A stretch of DNA of 64,000 nucleotides, taken from Polyangiaceae bacterium. GTDB lineage: Bacteria > Myxococcota_A > Polyangia > Polyangiales > Polyangiaceae. This document shows, in pieces, positions 31,160 through 41,800 of the stretch. Within the stretch, counting starts at the first letter, position 1. The number at the start of each line of letters is the position of its first letter. A program made the translations under genes and the position numbers. The stretch covers positions 1,472,001-1,536,000 of the forward strand of contig CBDCTZ010000015.1 of NCBI GenBank assembly GCA_965222375.1, written 5' to 3'. Below the pieces are notes generated by a model. That model did not search any database. It was not told where the DNA came from and saw only the letters and a list, made by a program, of their open reading frames with translations.

Positions 31160-31493
31160 GTCCGCGACGCCAGGAAACCACGCGGACGATCTCGCTGCCG
31201 CTGCCACGGTTCAGTAGAAAAGCGATCACCTCTCCGAAATCGCCGAGCCGAGATCCCCCCATGCCGCGAGCCTTCGGACGGTACAGTCCTCCCACATACC
31301 TGGTGGCGTCGGCTGCGAGCCCCTCGGCTTCCAGTTCGAGTTCGTCCGCGATGAGATCGACCGCAGCGTCATCGAGATCGATGCTAGTAGTCGCGCCCGA
31401 GCCTGCAAAGGCTCCGAGCCAAGGGCTCTGGTTCGCCGCCTCGATCACGCCGAAAAGCGATGTTTGGACTCTCTTGACCTGGAAAGTAGGGAC
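31160..31493 (-). pseudogene. 5' fragment of a putative nuclease-like gene (GDFGE motif)
   Basis: ...[14 protein letters not shown] resembles motif I of HamA/PD-(D/E)XK-type proteins; truncated against the opposing fragment. Confidence 0.35.
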
Positions 31494-31621
31494 GGCGTTC
31501 CCTCCCTACCATCGCATGATTCGTGACCCCAGCCGGCGATGGGCCCCGTTCATGCGGCGTGGCACTACCAATAGTGTCGACGCCAACTCAACGGACATCC
31601 CTCGGATTCTTGCGAACGAGT

Positions 31622-32806
31622 TCATGGTCGCCCCGGTGTCTCCAGTTCGGTGCCGACGCGCAGCTTGTCGAGGTAGCGCTGGTACACCCATGAGCGGTCG
31701 CGCTTCTTGCCGGTGGTCTCGGCGAGGACGCCGGCCTTTTCGAGTGCCTCGACGGCGCGCCCGGCGGTGGGCTTGCTGACGCCGAGTTGCTTGATGGCGA
31801 AGGCCACCGACACGACGGGATGCCGTGGCAGCAGCTCGAATAGGCGCACTGCGGCGACTGAGGTGCCCGCGTGATCGAGGGCGCGTGATCGATCGTCGGT
31901 GACCAACGTGAAGAGCTCGCGCGCGGAGGTGACCGCCTCGTGGGCGATGGTCGCGACACCGTCCAAGAAGAAGTCGGTCCACCCTTCCCAGTCGCCGCTC
32001 GTTCGCACGGCGCCGAGGCGGTCGTAGTAGTCGCTGCGGTGCCGCTTGAAGAAGAGGCTCAGGTAGAGCAGCGGCTTGGTGAGCAGCTTCCAGTGCTCGA
32101 GCAGCAGTGTGACCAGAAGGCGCCCGATTCTCCCGTTGCCGTCGAGGTAGGGATGGATGGTCTCGAACTGAACGTGCAGAAGCCCCGCGCGAACAAGAGG
32201 CGGCAAGTCATCGCCTGCGTGGATGTACTTCTCGAACGCCGACAGCAGTTCGCCGAGGGTGTGTGGCGGCGGCGGCACGAAGGCCGCATTCCCTGGACGA
32301 CTCCCGCCGATCCAGTTCTGCGTGCGACGCACCTCGCCTGGCTGTTTGTCGGCGCCGCGAACGCCTTGCATGAGGCGCGCGTGCGTTTCGTTCAGCAACC
32401 GCATCGACAGCGGCAACCCCGAGGCGTCGGCGAGTTGCGCTCGCGCGAAGTTGAGGGCGTCGAGGTAGTTGCAGACCTCCTCGACGTCGGCGCTCCTTGG
32501 TCCCGCGTCGCTTTCGGCCTCGAAGGTGAGCAGGTCAACGAGGGTCGCCTGCGTGCCCTCGATCTGCGAGGAGACCACCGCCTCCTTGCGGACGAAGGCA
32601 TAGATGAACCAGTCGAGCGACGGCACCATCTCGCCGGCAAGCTCGAGTCGGACCAGCGCCTGCTCCGCGGCGCGAAGCCGCTCGTCGAGGGCCCCTTCGA
32701 TGGCGAGCTTCGGTCGTGTGGGTGGCAGCGCCGCAGGAATGAAGGCTGCGACCTCCTCGCCGCCCACCATGGTCCGCTCGTAGGTGCCTGTTTTCCTTTG
32801 CTTCAT
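31622..32806 (-). CDS. Fic family protein with N-terminal DUF4172-like region and C-terminal HTH
   Basis: Fic motif HPYLDGNGRIGR; inhibitory-type SSQIEG motif; C-terminal wHTH. Confidence 0.95.
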   Translation of the reverse strand: MKQRKTGTYERTMVGGEEVAAFIPAALPPTRPKLAIEGALDERLRAAEQALVRLELAGEMVPSLDWFIYAFVRKEAVVSSQIEGTQATLVDLLTFEAESDAGPRSADVEEVCNYLDALNFARAQLADASGLPLSMRLLNETHARLMQGVRGADKQPGEVRRTQNWIGGSRPGNAAFVPPPPHTLGELLSAFEKYIHAGDDLPPLVRAGLLHVQFETIHPYLDGNGRIGRLLVTLLLEHWKLLTKPLLYLSLFFKRHRSDYYDRLGAVRTSGDWEGWTDFFLDGVATIAHEAVTSARELFTLVTDDRSRALDHAGTSVAAVRLFELLPRHPVVSVAFAIKQLGVSKPTAGRAVEALEKAGVLAETTGKKRDRSWVYQRYLDKLRVGTELETPGRP

Positions 32807-32821
32807 CGCCGCATCCCGCTC

Positions 32822-32966
32822 GGAACGAGTTCGTGCCTAGGACTCTCCGCTGGTAGCGAATTCTTTCCCAGGACGCCTATTTAGTAAAGAATTCGTTCCT
32901 AACGAGGAAGCGGCGCTAGGAACGGATTCGTTATCAACGGCCAGCGTGGGAACGACTTCGTTCCTA
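32822..32966. promoter_or_regulatory. Array of five imperfect palindromes (consensus GGAACGAATTCGTTCC) upstream of fic
   Basis: Central hexamers start at 32827, 32858, 32889, 32924 and 32954 (spacing 31, 31, 35, 30). Confidence 0.7.
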
Positions 32967-33016
32967 GTGGGGCAGGCGCGGTGTTGCGAAACGTCTGTCT
33001 AAAATCGTAATGACCG

Positions 33017-33733
33017 ATGTTTCGTAACACCTTGCTCTCTCCCCCGGACAGCGCCCTCATGGCGGCATGTCGTCGTATGCGGAGAGCGGCCGGGCGCCGC
33101 GACCTCGCTATCAGGTTCTGGAGCGCCAAGGCACAGGCCTCGAAGATCTGGGGCCCCACCAGGCCCAAAGCGCTCAACGACTTGCGGCGCAAGATGACCG
33201 GCAAGACGACCGCGGCCGAGGATGCCGAGGCCTACGAGTTGCTCTCGGAGCGCTGGCTCGAGAGGGAGATCGCCTTCGACCCGCGCCTCGTCGGGGCCTG
33301 GTCGCTCAAGGTCGGCGACGACGGACGGCCTCGGCTGTCCTGCGAGATCGAGCTGCCGGATGGCGTCGAGGCGGAGGTCACGCCGCCGATCGAGAAGCGC
33401 GTGGCGATTGGCGGCAAGTTCCTCGACGAGGCCAGGATCCGCCTGACCGGAACGCCCGGCGCGATCGCGTTGCTCGGCTTCCCGCTGAAGCACCACTGGG
33501 GAACAGTCAGCGATGACGGCACGGTGACCGTCTACACCAAGATGCCCACCGCGGTCGCGCTCCTCGCCGAGGGAGTACTTCCGCCGATCGGCGGTGCATC
33601 GGTCGCGCTCACAGTCCAGGGCAAGAAGCTCGATGCGATGGTGCTCTCGGAGATCCGCTGCGACGCGAACGGTGGCCACAACGACATCGCCATCCTGATC
33701 TTCAAGCCCGCGAAGCCGACAGCCACCCCGTGA
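33017..33733 (+). CDS. Hypothetical protein (start uncertain)
   Basis: Strong GC3 bias over most of the ORF. Confidence 0.55.
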   Translation: MFRNTLLSPPDSALMAACRRMRRAAGRRDLAIRFWSAKAQASKIWGPTRPKALNDLRRKMTGKTTAAEDAEAYELLSERWLEREIAFDPRLVGAWSLKVGDDGRPRLSCEIELPDGVEAEVTPPIEKRVAIGGKFLDEARIRLTGTPGAIALLGFPLKHHWGTVSDDGTVTVYTKMPTAVALLAEGVLPPIGGASVALTVQGKKLDAMVLSEIRCDANGGHNDIAILIFKPAKPTATP

Positions 33734-33895
33734 CCCCGCGACTCAAACCCTCTCCGCCCTCTCTGAACGCCCGGAGAACCCGATCCATCTCCACCACGTC
33801 CGCCCGCCACGCCACGTCGCGGCTCTCCGATCACGCCTTGCCCCGGCGCTGGCAACACGGAGCCAAGCCGGGACACGAACTGCCGTGTCCTATGC

Positions 33896-33945
33896 GTTCC
33901 CACACGAACTCGCCCATGTAGATCGGGTTGCGGAGCATCAGGTGA
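33896..33945 (-). pseudogene. Tiny remnant resembling a large serine recombinase recombinase-domain motif
   Basis: Translates as HLMLRNPIYMGEFVW (L.NP.Y.G motif). Confidence 0.35.
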
Positions 33946-34169
33946 CCTGGTCGAGGGGTGGCATCGCCCCATCGACGAGTGTCCTCCGTAGGTAGGCAGT
34001 CCACTGCGCTTGCATCGGCGTGGCCGAGTGAAATGCTGGCGTCGACGCGACCGGGACTTCCGTCGGAAAGCGAAGCACGGCGCCCGAAACGTCGCGTCGA
34101 CCGCTTCGGCCAGGACCTCGCCTCCGAACTCTCGGCCCTGCGCGAGGATCTAGACGTCGAGGAAGTCCC

Positions 34170-35663
34170 TCATGCTTCGGCAAGGCGGGCTCGCTGGATC
34201 TCTGCCTTGTCGATTACGTGACCGCTTTCATCAACGAGCCACGAGCGCCAACCCTCGGGTTGTTTCTCCACGAAAGCAAGTTGTCCCCGTGACCATGGGT
34301 CCGCCCAGCCCGGGGCACTCCCCACGACCACCTGGAGAGGAACACCGCGCTCGCACGCCTGCTCCTCGAGGTTGTACAACGTCATCTCATCGCGATGGAC
34401 CCATGGAGCGGGAAGCCTCTCATCGAGAAACCCCCAGCGGAGTCGCACTGTGCCGTGCAGGCGACCATACTCGTAGAGCGCAAAAAGCGACTTGGCGTCC
34501 GCCTCCAGCCGGCGTCGCAGCTTGGAGTGCTGCTCTTGGCTCCAGTAACGTCGCAGCACCTTCTCGTCACCAAAGGGCCGTCCGATCCCACACGATCCCT
34601 GCACCAGCAGCTTCGTGGTGATCTTGAGGGTCCGTCCCTGCTTGTTGAGCTGCCGTGTCTTTTGGGGCGGACCGAGCTCGCCAAGACGGCGCTCACCAGG
34701 TTCGAAGCCCAACACTCGGAGAAGCCCGCGGACATCCACACCGGCGATGATCTCGTAGTCGGTGAGCTTGCGGGTGGCTTCAGCGATCTCGTCGCCCAAG
34801 AACGTCGTGAGCTCACGCTGCTGTACGTCCAAGAGGACCAGCGCCTCGGGCTTCTTCGCAGGAAAAGCGTGGACCAGTACGCGTCGCATGTCGCCGAGCC
34901 TTTCGGCGTGAGCTTGGCGCTCACGCTCGAACCGCTTGCGATTGGCTGCCATCACGGCTCGGTCTGGGCGCATCTGAGCCCACCGTCTGACTAGCTCGAT
35001 CCGCTCCCGAACGGTCTGTCTTGCCGAAGGCACGGCGGCGTGGTCGACGTCGAGCTCCCACAGCCCGTTGTCGTGGACCCTGATCGCGGCACCACGGCGC
35101 CAATACTTGGCCGAATCCGCCGACAGCATGCCCGACTGGCTGCGAGTGCGAACAAAGCCGAGGACCTCGTCCGATTTCATCGCCCGTCGATGGGCATCGA
35201 GCACGCAAATCGCGATGCGCTGGGCGGAACATGTGCTCGGGATGCCATCGCGCCATGCTTCGTCGAGGTGTTCGATCGTCAGGGGCTCATCGAGAGATGG
35301 AACAGGACCAGCCTCGGGCCGTACGACCCGCAGAGGCACGGCCTTCGGTGGTCGCAGTCCGAGACGAAAGGTCCACAGGTCCGCTTCATCGTCGTGTGGA
35401 TCCAGCGAGTAGTGATCGCCGTCCCGATAGATCGGCGGTCGGCCCGGTTTGCATCTCTTGAGAGACGCCAGTGACCGCGCCTGGGGAGCCACGCCCGCTT
35501 CCTCGAAACGCTGGGCCGCATCCTCGAGGGTGATCGGTTTACCGCGCTCGAGCAGGGCAACGATGAGCAGCGAATAGTAGTTGGCGTCCGGGCGGTCCTT
35601 CGCGGCCTCAAGCCGGGGCACGTCGATCCCGAGGGCCTCACAATATGAATTCGGTGTGTTCAT
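34170..35663 (-). CDS. Hypothetical protein, 497 aa
   Basis: Long ORF with coding-like bias; family not recognised. Confidence 0.75.
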   Translation of the reverse strand: MNTPNSYCEALGIDVPRLEAAKDRPDANYYSLLIVALLERGKPITLEDAAQRFEEAGVAPQARSLASLKRCKPGRPPIYRDGDHYSLDPHDDEADLWTFRLGLRPPKAVPLRVVRPEAGPVPSLDEPLTIEHLDEAWRDGIPSTCSAQRIAICVLDAHRRAMKSDEVLGFVRTRSQSGMLSADSAKYWRRGAAIRVHDNGLWELDVDHAAVPSARQTVRERIELVRRWAQMRPDRAVMAANRKRFERERQAHAERLGDMRRVLVHAFPAKKPEALVLLDVQQRELTTFLGDEIAEATRKLTDYEIIAGVDVRGLLRVLGFEPGERRLGELGPPQKTRQLNKQGRTLKITTKLLVQGSCGIGRPFGDEKVLRRYWSQEQHSKLRRRLEADAKSLFALYEYGRLHGTVRLRWGFLDERLPAPWVHRDEMTLYNLEEQACERGVPLQVVVGSAPGWADPWSRGQLAFVEKQPEGWRSWLVDESGHVIDKAEIQRARLAEA

Positions 35664-36336
35664 CGTCCCAGGAGTTCGCCAGTTCCGTGCGCTTTTGCTG
35701 GCTCATGTACATGCCCTGCTTGTGCGTCGGGATTGCTGCTTGCTCGTTCAACTCCGTGCGCCGGCGCTCGCAGTTGCTGCCGTCGCAGTCAGCGGGTTCG
35801 GAGCCGTGCACGGAGTTCTTCACCGTCGACTTGTTCGAGTAGTCGCCGCAGCGTGTTGGGCCTTGTGCGAACTTGATCGAATTCACCGTGCGCGCTGACG
35901 TCGCAACAAGCTCCGTGAGGGAACCATCACCAACGTGCGTCTGCCCACCGTATTGAATCGGGCGGCCATACTCCGGCACGGAAAAAAAAAGCGCTACCGA
36001 ACTAGAGTCGCTCACACTCGGCCACTGACTATAGTCACCGTGAGCCACGCCATCGAAGCCGCCATTCCAGAGAACGTTCTTGGTCGACGGCGGTCCGCTG
36101 TCTTGAAATCCGCCCGTATTGGCTGAGCCACCTGCGCCCGCCGACGCCGACGCACCGCCTCCAGCGGGTCTGCCACCCGCGGCTGCGCCGCCGGTTGCCA
36201 CACCACCGGCTGCCGCAGCACCACCTGCCCCGGTGGCTCCCGAGCCCGAGTTGCCGTCATCCGTCCCGGAGCCACAGCTCGCGCTGCAAGCAACCAGACC
36301 TGCAACAAGGAGGACCTGAAAGCGCACTCTAGTCAT
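35638..36336 (-). pseudogene. Lipoprotein N-terminal part (polysaccharide-lyase-like start), probably truncated or chimeric
   Basis: Signal peptide, Gly linker, VLWNGGFD...W...RRTEL; ends abruptly overlapping the next gene. Confidence 0.45.
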
Positions 36337-36810
36337 GGCAGATCTTCCGAACATACCTAGCAAGCGTAGCAAGCGGTGTGCCGGCTGTCCCAAATCACAA
36401 AGTCCCGTTGATTTGCACCCGGGCGATGCGCCTCTCCTGACAGCGATGCGCAACGCTTGAACCCCAAATGGCGCGAGCCAGCCCTCCAATCGGCTGGCTT
36501 GGGCGCGTGCGCGCTCCGAACCCGACGTTGGCGTTGGGTCTCAGCGAGTGTCAACGGGCATCCGAAACGGCGTCTAAGTGGGCGGCATGGCGGAGGTGCC
36601 CATATTTGCGCGTGAGTGATGCCCGGATTTACGCCGTCGGATAGAGCGCGTGAAATTGGGCCCGGTCGGGTGGGCGCTTGGATGATCTCGATGCCCAGAT
36701 AGATGAAAGGCCCGGGGCGCAACCCGAGCCTTTCCAACCGCGATCAGTTGTGGCGCAAGCATCGCTGATAGCGGCGTACGGATCCAGAAAACTGCTGGGC
36801 GGAGTCCGCG

Positions 36811-37443
36811 ATCAGCGATTCGTTCCGGCTTTTCAACTGTCAGCGGTGCCACGGCCAGGTGAAGCTTTGCCAACGTTGCGACCGAGGGCAGCTGTATTGC
36901 AGCAGTGACTGCGCTTCAATAAGTCGCAGCCAAAGCGTGCGAGAGGCGGGGGCTCGGTACCAGCGCACGCGCCGTGGAGCGCGGCTTCACGCAGAGCGAC
37001 AAGCCCGTCACCGGGCGCGGCGGCGAGAAAAAGTGACGCATCACCCCTCGTCATTAGACGCCAGCGGGCGCAGCAGTGGACCCGAGAGTGAGGCGGCACG
37101 GCACGCCGTCCTCGAGGCTAACCCCAATGATGCGTCTGACAGCCCAGCTTCAGGTTTCGAAAACGGAGATGCAGCTTCTGGTGACGTCTCCGGAACAAGG
37201 GGATGTGCTGAAAGCGAGGCTGTCGCTGCGACCGTCTCACCCTCGCGCTCTTCTGACATTGCTCGAAGGGCTCGCGCTGTGGAGCGGGGCGAAGCTCTGC
37301 GTTGCGATTACTGCGGAGCAGAACTGCCCAAGTTGGCTCGACTCGGGGCTGTTTGGCGACGAGCTATGGCCCGGGGAAAGCCAACTCGTGCAGTACGAGG
37401 TCGCCGGCCGCGCCCGCCCAAAGCGCCTACGAGGCGTGGGTGA
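36811..37443 (+). CDS. IS21 accessory ORF A, Cys-rich putative Zn-finger protein (probable ATC start)
   Basis: FNCQRC..VKLCQRCDRGQLYCS..C...AGARYQ...HAERQARHR; GGAG lies 6 nt before the ATC. Confidence 0.6.
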   Translation: MSDSFRLFNCQRCHGQVKLCQRCDRGQLYCSSDCASISRSQSVREAGARYQRTRRGARLHAERQARHRARRREKVTHHPSSLDASGRSSGPESEAARHAVLEANPNDASDSPASGFENGDAASGDVSGTRGCAESEAVAATVSPSRSSDIARRARAVERGEALRCDYCGAELPKLARLGAVWRRAMARGKPTRAVRGRRPRPPKAPTRRG

Positions 37444-37477
37444 CTTTCGTCGCATGCGTGGACGAGGTGCGCGGTGA
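37127..37477 (+). CDS. IS21 accessory ORF B
   Basis: DVLKARL...[17 protein letters not shown]; stop overlaps the istA start (GTGA). Confidence 0.7.
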   Translation: MMRLTAQLQVSKTEMQLLVTSPEQGDVLKARLSLRPSHPRALLTLLEGLALWSGAKLCVAITAEQNCPSWLDSGLFGDELWPGESQLVQYEVAGRARPKRLRGVGDFRRMRGRGAR

Positions 37478-38985
37478 TCAGCAAGGAGCGCAGAGCCGAA
37501 ATCCTCCGGCTGTACCACGCGGAGAAGTGGAAGATCGGGACGATTGCCCAGCAGCTTGGCATCCACCACGGCACGGTGCGGCGTGTCCTGCGAGACGCCG
37601 GGGTCGACACGGTGTCCCGGAGTCTGCGTCCGTCAATTACCGATCCCTACGTCCCACTGATCATCGAGACGCTGGCGCAGTACCCGAAGCTGCCGGCGAT
37701 CCGCGTTTACGCGATGGCGAAAGAGCGGGGCTACCAGGGCGGCTCAGATCATTTTCGCCGCATCGTCGCTCGACACAGACCGCGACCAACAGCGGAAGCG
37801 TACATGCGTTTGCGCACGCTGCCTGGCGAACAGGGCCAAGTGGATTGGGCGCATTTCGGGACTCTTTCAGTTGGGCGAGCGAGCCGGCAGCTGATGGCAT
37901 TTGTGATGGTGCTCAGCTGGTCGCGGATGGTGTTTCTACGCTTCTACCTGAACGCCAACATGTCGAGTTTTCTTCACGGGCATGTGTCTGCGTTTGATTT
38001 CTGGGCAGGCGTTCCACGGGTCCTGCTGTACGACAATCTCAAGAGTGCGGTGCTGGAGCGCAAGGGCGATGCGATCCGTTTTCACCCCACGCTGCTGGAG
38101 TTAGCTGGCCACTATCGCTACGAGCCACGCCCAGTCGCGGTGGCACGCGGCAATGAGAAGGGCCGCGTCGAGCGCGCGATCCGCTACATCAGATCCAGCT
38201 TCTTCGCCGCACGCGAGTATCGCGATCTCGACGATCTGAATGAGCAAGCACTCGACTGGTGCCTGGGCACTGCGGCGGAGCGTCGTTGTCCCGAGGATGA
38301 GACCCTGAACGTCTCGGAGGCCTTCGCCGAAGAGAAGCCGCGTCTGTTGGAGCTACCGAGCAATCCATTTTTGACCGACGAGCGCATCGAGGTTGCCGTG
38401 GGCAAGACGCCCTACGTGCGTTTCGACCTGAACGACTACTCCATTCCGGCAACGCATACACGCAGGAGCCTCACCGTGGTGGCAAGCATGACGACCGTGC
38501 GTGTCCTCGACGGTGAAGACACCATCGCGGAGCACGCCCGGTGCTGGGATCGCCGTCAGGCGATCGAGGAGCCGGCACACATTGCGGCGCTTGCAGAGTG
38601 GAAACGGCAAGCCCACGCGCATCGCGGCCTTGATCGCTTGCATCACGCGGCGCCATCTTCCCGAAAGCTTTTCAAAGTGCTGGCCGAGCAGGGCAAGAAC
38701 TTGGGCGGCGCGACGATTGCGATGCTCAAGCAGCTGGACCGAGTTGGGGCCGCGGAGCTGGAAGCTGCGCTGGCCGAGGTTGTGCAACTCGGCACACCAC
38801 ACCTTGCGGCTGTGCACCACGTCCTGGAGCGACGCCGCTACGAGCGCGGCACCCCTCCACCCGTGGGGCGACATCTTCCCGACGACGACCGCGTGCAAGG
38901 CCCGGTCGTCACCCCGCATTCACTCAGCGACTACGACGGTATTGGGAGAGACGATGATGACAACGACGACGAGCGATCAGGCTGA
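37474..38985 (+). CDS. istA: IS21 DDE transposase
   Basis: N-terminal [34 protein letters not shown]. Confidence 0.95.
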   Translation: MISKERRAEILRLYHAEKWKIGTIAQQLGIHHGTVRRVLRDAGVDTVSRSLRPSITDPYVPLIIETLAQYPKLPAIRVYAMAKERGYQGGSDHFRRIVARHRPRPTAEAYMRLRTLPGEQGQVDWAHFGTLSVGRASRQLMAFVMVLSWSRMVFLRFYLNANMSSFLHGHVSAFDFWAGVPRVLLYDNLKSAVLERKGDAIRFHPTLLELAGHYRYEPRPVAVARGNEKGRVERAIRYIRSSFFAAREYRDLDDLNEQALDWCLGTAAERRCPEDETLNVSEAFAEEKPRLLELPSNPFLTDERIEVAVGKTPYVRFDLNDYSIPATHTRRSLTVVASMTTVRVLDGEDTIAEHARCWDRRQAIEEPAHIAALAEWKRQAHAHRGLDRLHHAAPSSRKLFKVLAEQGKNLGGATIAMLKQLDRVGAAELEAALAEVVQLGTPHLAAVHHVLERRRYERGTPPPVGRHLPDDDRVQGPVVTPHSLSDYDGIGRDDDDNDDERSG

Positions 38986-39721
38986 CAAGGATCTGCGAGA
39001 GCGTGCGCACCGCCTGGGGTTGCACGGTCTTCTGGCCAACTGGGACGACGTGGTGAGCGCAGATTGGCTTGGTCCGTTGCTCGCCTACGAGGAAGCCGAA
39101 CGCACCCGGCGCAGTCTGGAGCGTCGCATCAAAAATGCCCGGCTGGGTCGATTCAAGCCGCTCACCGACTTCGATTGGAAGTGGCCGAAGAAGATCGACA
39201 AGAGCTCCGTCGACGAGCTCTTTCGCCTCAACCTATTCGCCGAAGGCGCCAATGCCGTGTTGCTTGGGCCCAACGGCGTCGGCAAGACGATGTTGCTCAA
39301 AAATCTCGCACATCACTGCGTGATGCGCGGCTATACGGTGCGTTTCACCACAGCCAGCGCCATGCTCAACGAACTTGCGGGTCAAGACAGCAGCGCCGCC
39401 CTCAGCCGTCGCCTGCGCCAATACACCCACCCGCAGCTCCTGTGCGTCGACGAGGTCGGTTACCTTTCCTACGACAGCCGCTATGCCGATCTGCTCTTCG
39501 AGGTCGTCACCAGACGCTACGAGGCGCTCAAGCCCGTGGTGCTGACCACGAACAAGCCCTTCAGCGAGTGGCCCGACGTCTTTCCCCACGCCGCCTGCGT
39601 CGTCACCTTGGTCGATCGCCTCATCCACCGCTGCGAAGTCATCCACATCCAGGGCCAGAGTTACCGCGCAAAGGAAGCCAAAGAACGCGCCGCCTCCAAA
39701 AAGGCGAACAAGCCCACTTAG
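38954..39721 (+). CDS. istB: IS21 helper AAA+ ATPase
   Basis: Walker A GPNGVGKT, Walker [28 protein letters not shown]. Confidence 0.95.
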   Translation: MMTTTTSDQADKDLRERAHRLGLHGLLANWDDVVSADWLGPLLAYEEAERTRRSLERRIKNARLGRFKPLTDFDWKWPKKIDKSSVDELFRLNLFAEGANAVLLGPNGVGKTMLLKNLAHHCVMRGYTVRFTTASAMLNELAGQDSSAALSRRLRQYTHPQLLCVDEVGYLSYDSRYADLLFEVVTRRYEALKPVVLTTNKPFSEWPDVFPHAACVVTLVDRLIHRCEVIHIQGQSYRAKEAKERAASKKANKPT

Positions 39722-39851
39722 ACGCGCCCATCTATGCGCCCTTTTTCATGACCGCTAACAGCGAGTGGGGGATGATCCCTATCGGGTATTTCCCACACCC
39801 ACATGCACCGAAGCCTACGACCGCGGCGGCCACAGCGAATCGATCGCAACA

Positions 39852-39936
39852 GCTGATCCGCCTGTGTCTGGATCGTTTGGGGGACTGTTAGCATTTGTAG
39901 CTCCCGACTACGCCACGCCACCAATTGGGGCGAAGG
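39852..39936. repeat. Dispersed repeat R2, copy 2 (diverged)
   Basis: GCTGATCC.CCTGTG...GGGGGACTGTT...ATTTGTAGCTCCCGACTACG...ATTGGGGCGAAGG. Confidence 0.75.
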
Positions 39937-40062
39937 ACTCAGGGCACCGGCGATATCACGGCAAGCGGCGGGACCGCGGGGCACGCCACGCACGGCACTC
40001 CGTTTCCGTCGAGCATTCTGGCGCGCTCGGCACTCCACGCGCTGGGTACGCGCGCCTGTCGA

Positions 40063-40548
40063 CTATTTGCCTTCTTCAAGCTCCTCTTGCAGCGCCTCCA
40101 GCTCCGCGATGCGCTCCAAATCCTTGGGCCGCCCGGCGGCGCGCTTCAGGTGGATCAGCGTCTCCAGATCGACGAAGCGACACTCGAGATCGTAGAGCTG
40201 GCGCAGTTCCGAGTGGGGTAGCAGGGCTTCATAGATTCCTCCACCCGTGGCTTCTCCCATCACGTCGAGGTCTCCAGCGCTCGTCGTAAGCGTGAAGTTC
40301 AGCCCGCGCTCGATGGTGGCTGCGTCGAACCGGAACGGCAGCCCCGGTGGCGCGCCGCGCAGGTACGCTCCTAGGGGGTGAAGCGCTGCAGCGAGCTTGG
40401 CTATGTTCTCTGCCGAGCGTCGGTACACGATGTCGAGATCCACCGTGACGTGCGCGGAGCCGTGGGCGGTCGCGGCGAAACCGCCAATGATGACGAACTC
40501 GACGCCACCCGCCGTCAGCACGGAGAGCAGACACTCGAAATCCGTCAC
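40063..40548 (-). CDS. Nucleotidyltransferase-fold protein (putative TA component)
   Basis: FVIIGGFA...HG....T.DLDI; L..LI.LKRAAGRPKD. Confidence 0.85.
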   Translation of the reverse strand: MTDFECLLSVLTAGGVEFVIIGGFAATAHGSAHVTVDLDIVYRRSAENIAKLAAALHPLGAYLRGAPPGLPFRFDAATIERGLNFTLTTSAGDLDVMGEATGGGIYEALLPHSELRQLYDLECRFVDLETLIHLKRAAGRPKDLERIAELEALQEELEEGK

Positions 40549-40745
40549 GTCCCCGGTACCCTCCGTCGAGATGCTCTGACTTCCTCGGCAAAGCGCAGGG
40601 CTGCGACCATCTTCTCCACTCGCTGCGCTGTCGTGAGCTTCAAGTTCTCCCGCAGCAGCGTGCGATCGACATCCTTCTTGTACGCCTCGATCACCGGGTT
40701 CGGCGACGCCGATATCGGCAACAGGTCCGTGGGAGGCGGCAGCAT
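40545..40745 (-). CDS. Small partner protein (putative antitoxin)
   Basis: VIEAYKKDVDRTLLRENLKLT..QR; GTGA overlap with the NTase gene; TATAAT 6 nt upstream of the ATG. Confidence 0.8.
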   Translation of the reverse strand: MLPPPTDLLPISASPNPVIEAYKKDVDRTLLRENLKLTTAQRVEKMVAALRFAEEVRASRRRVPGT

Positions 40746-40970
40746 GATCCTATTATAGCGTCGTCAACAGCCCTGTGTCAGAAGGCATCGCATGCGGCCC
40801 GAGCCCGCTCACCACTTCCGCCTTGCGTTTGTGGCGCGCCGACTGTCCACGTCCCTACACCAGGGCCGACTCTGTCCTTCATAGTTCTGGCTTCAGCGCT
40901 CCGCCTTGCCTTGGGGTGCGTAAGCCCACCGCCGAAGTGCGCAGCGCCAATTGGTCCGGCTCGAGTGTGT

Positions 40971-41490
40971 TTCGTGGAGCACCTGGCCGAGGTGCGTGCT
41001 CATGACGGTCGGGGACTGCCGCGTTACGTCGAAAAGGAGCTCCGCGCCTATCTGAAGTGCGGGATCCTAGCGCACGGGTTCCTGCGAGCCAGCTGCAGGT
41101 CCTGCGGCGAGGAACTCGTCGTCGCGTTTTCTTGCAAGCGTCGGGGCGTGTGCCCTTCCTGCAACGCCCGCCGGATGCGCAGCACTGCGGCCCACCTGGT
41201 TGACTCGGTGCTACCAGACGTGCCCGTGCGCCAGGGGGATTCCCTTCGGTCTCGCGGAGGTGGCGTTACGTTCCCGCGGCGCTTCGGCGGGAGCATGAAC
41301 TTGAACACCCACGTCCACGCCGTGTTCCCCGACGGTGTGTTCGTGCGGGATGGCGACGCGCGCGCGGAGTTCATCCGCATCCGAGTGCCCACGTCCCTCG
41401 AACTCAGCATGCTCTGCGAACGCGTTCACGCGAAGATGGTGCGCTGGCTCGGCAAGCGAGGTCTGCACCGGCCCCACGCTGGCTCCCAAG
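40971..41490 (+). pseudogene. IS91/ISCR-family rolling-circle transposase remnant
   Basis: Zn domain YLKCG....GF....C..C......FSCK.RG.CPSC; RFGGSMNLNTHVH (HuH); internally deleted and lacking the Tyr domain. Confidence 0.85.
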
Positions 41491-41529
41491 CAAACGCCGA
41501 CTGTAATGTCGAGGAGGCAACAAGATGCG

Positions 41530-41799
41530 TGCAGCAACGGTGAAACCCTCGCCCAAAGCGACGCCACTGTCGTGGTCGAGGGCAACCACTACTTTTCCGC
41601 CAGCTCCCTGCAGATGAAGCACTTCGACAGAGTGACAAGACCTCGTTCTGCCCTTGGAAGGGTCACGCAAGCTACTACTCGGTGCGCGTCGGCGACAAGG
41701 TCAGCGAAGGTGCAGCTTGGTACTACCCAACCCCTAGGGACGGCTGCGGAGCTCAAAGACCACGTTGCATTTTGGCGCGACGTGCAAGTGTTGGAGTGA
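41530..41799 (+). pseudogene. DUF427 family protein, 5'-truncated and frameshifted
   Basis: NGETLAQSD.TVVVEGNHYF / ASYYS...AAWYYPTP / KDHVAFWR occur in different frames. Confidence 0.8.
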
Positions 41800-41800
41800 G

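Larger units (their letters stand above)
36549..39760 (+). mobile_element. Complete IS21-family element, 3212 bp
   Basis: Ends TGTCAACGGGCAT... and ...ATGACCGCTAACA; shared subterminal GCGTCTAAGTGGG in inverted orientation; 5-bp target duplication GCGAG (36544-36548, 39761-39765); istA and istB inside. Confidence 0.92.

Noticed and set aside
30626..33945. Prophage
   Set aside because: Only small possible remnants; no terminase, capsid, portal or intact integrase
38501..38953. N-terminal extension of istB (406-aa ORF)
   Set aside because: Off-frame overlap with istA; IstB-like sequence starts at about 38954
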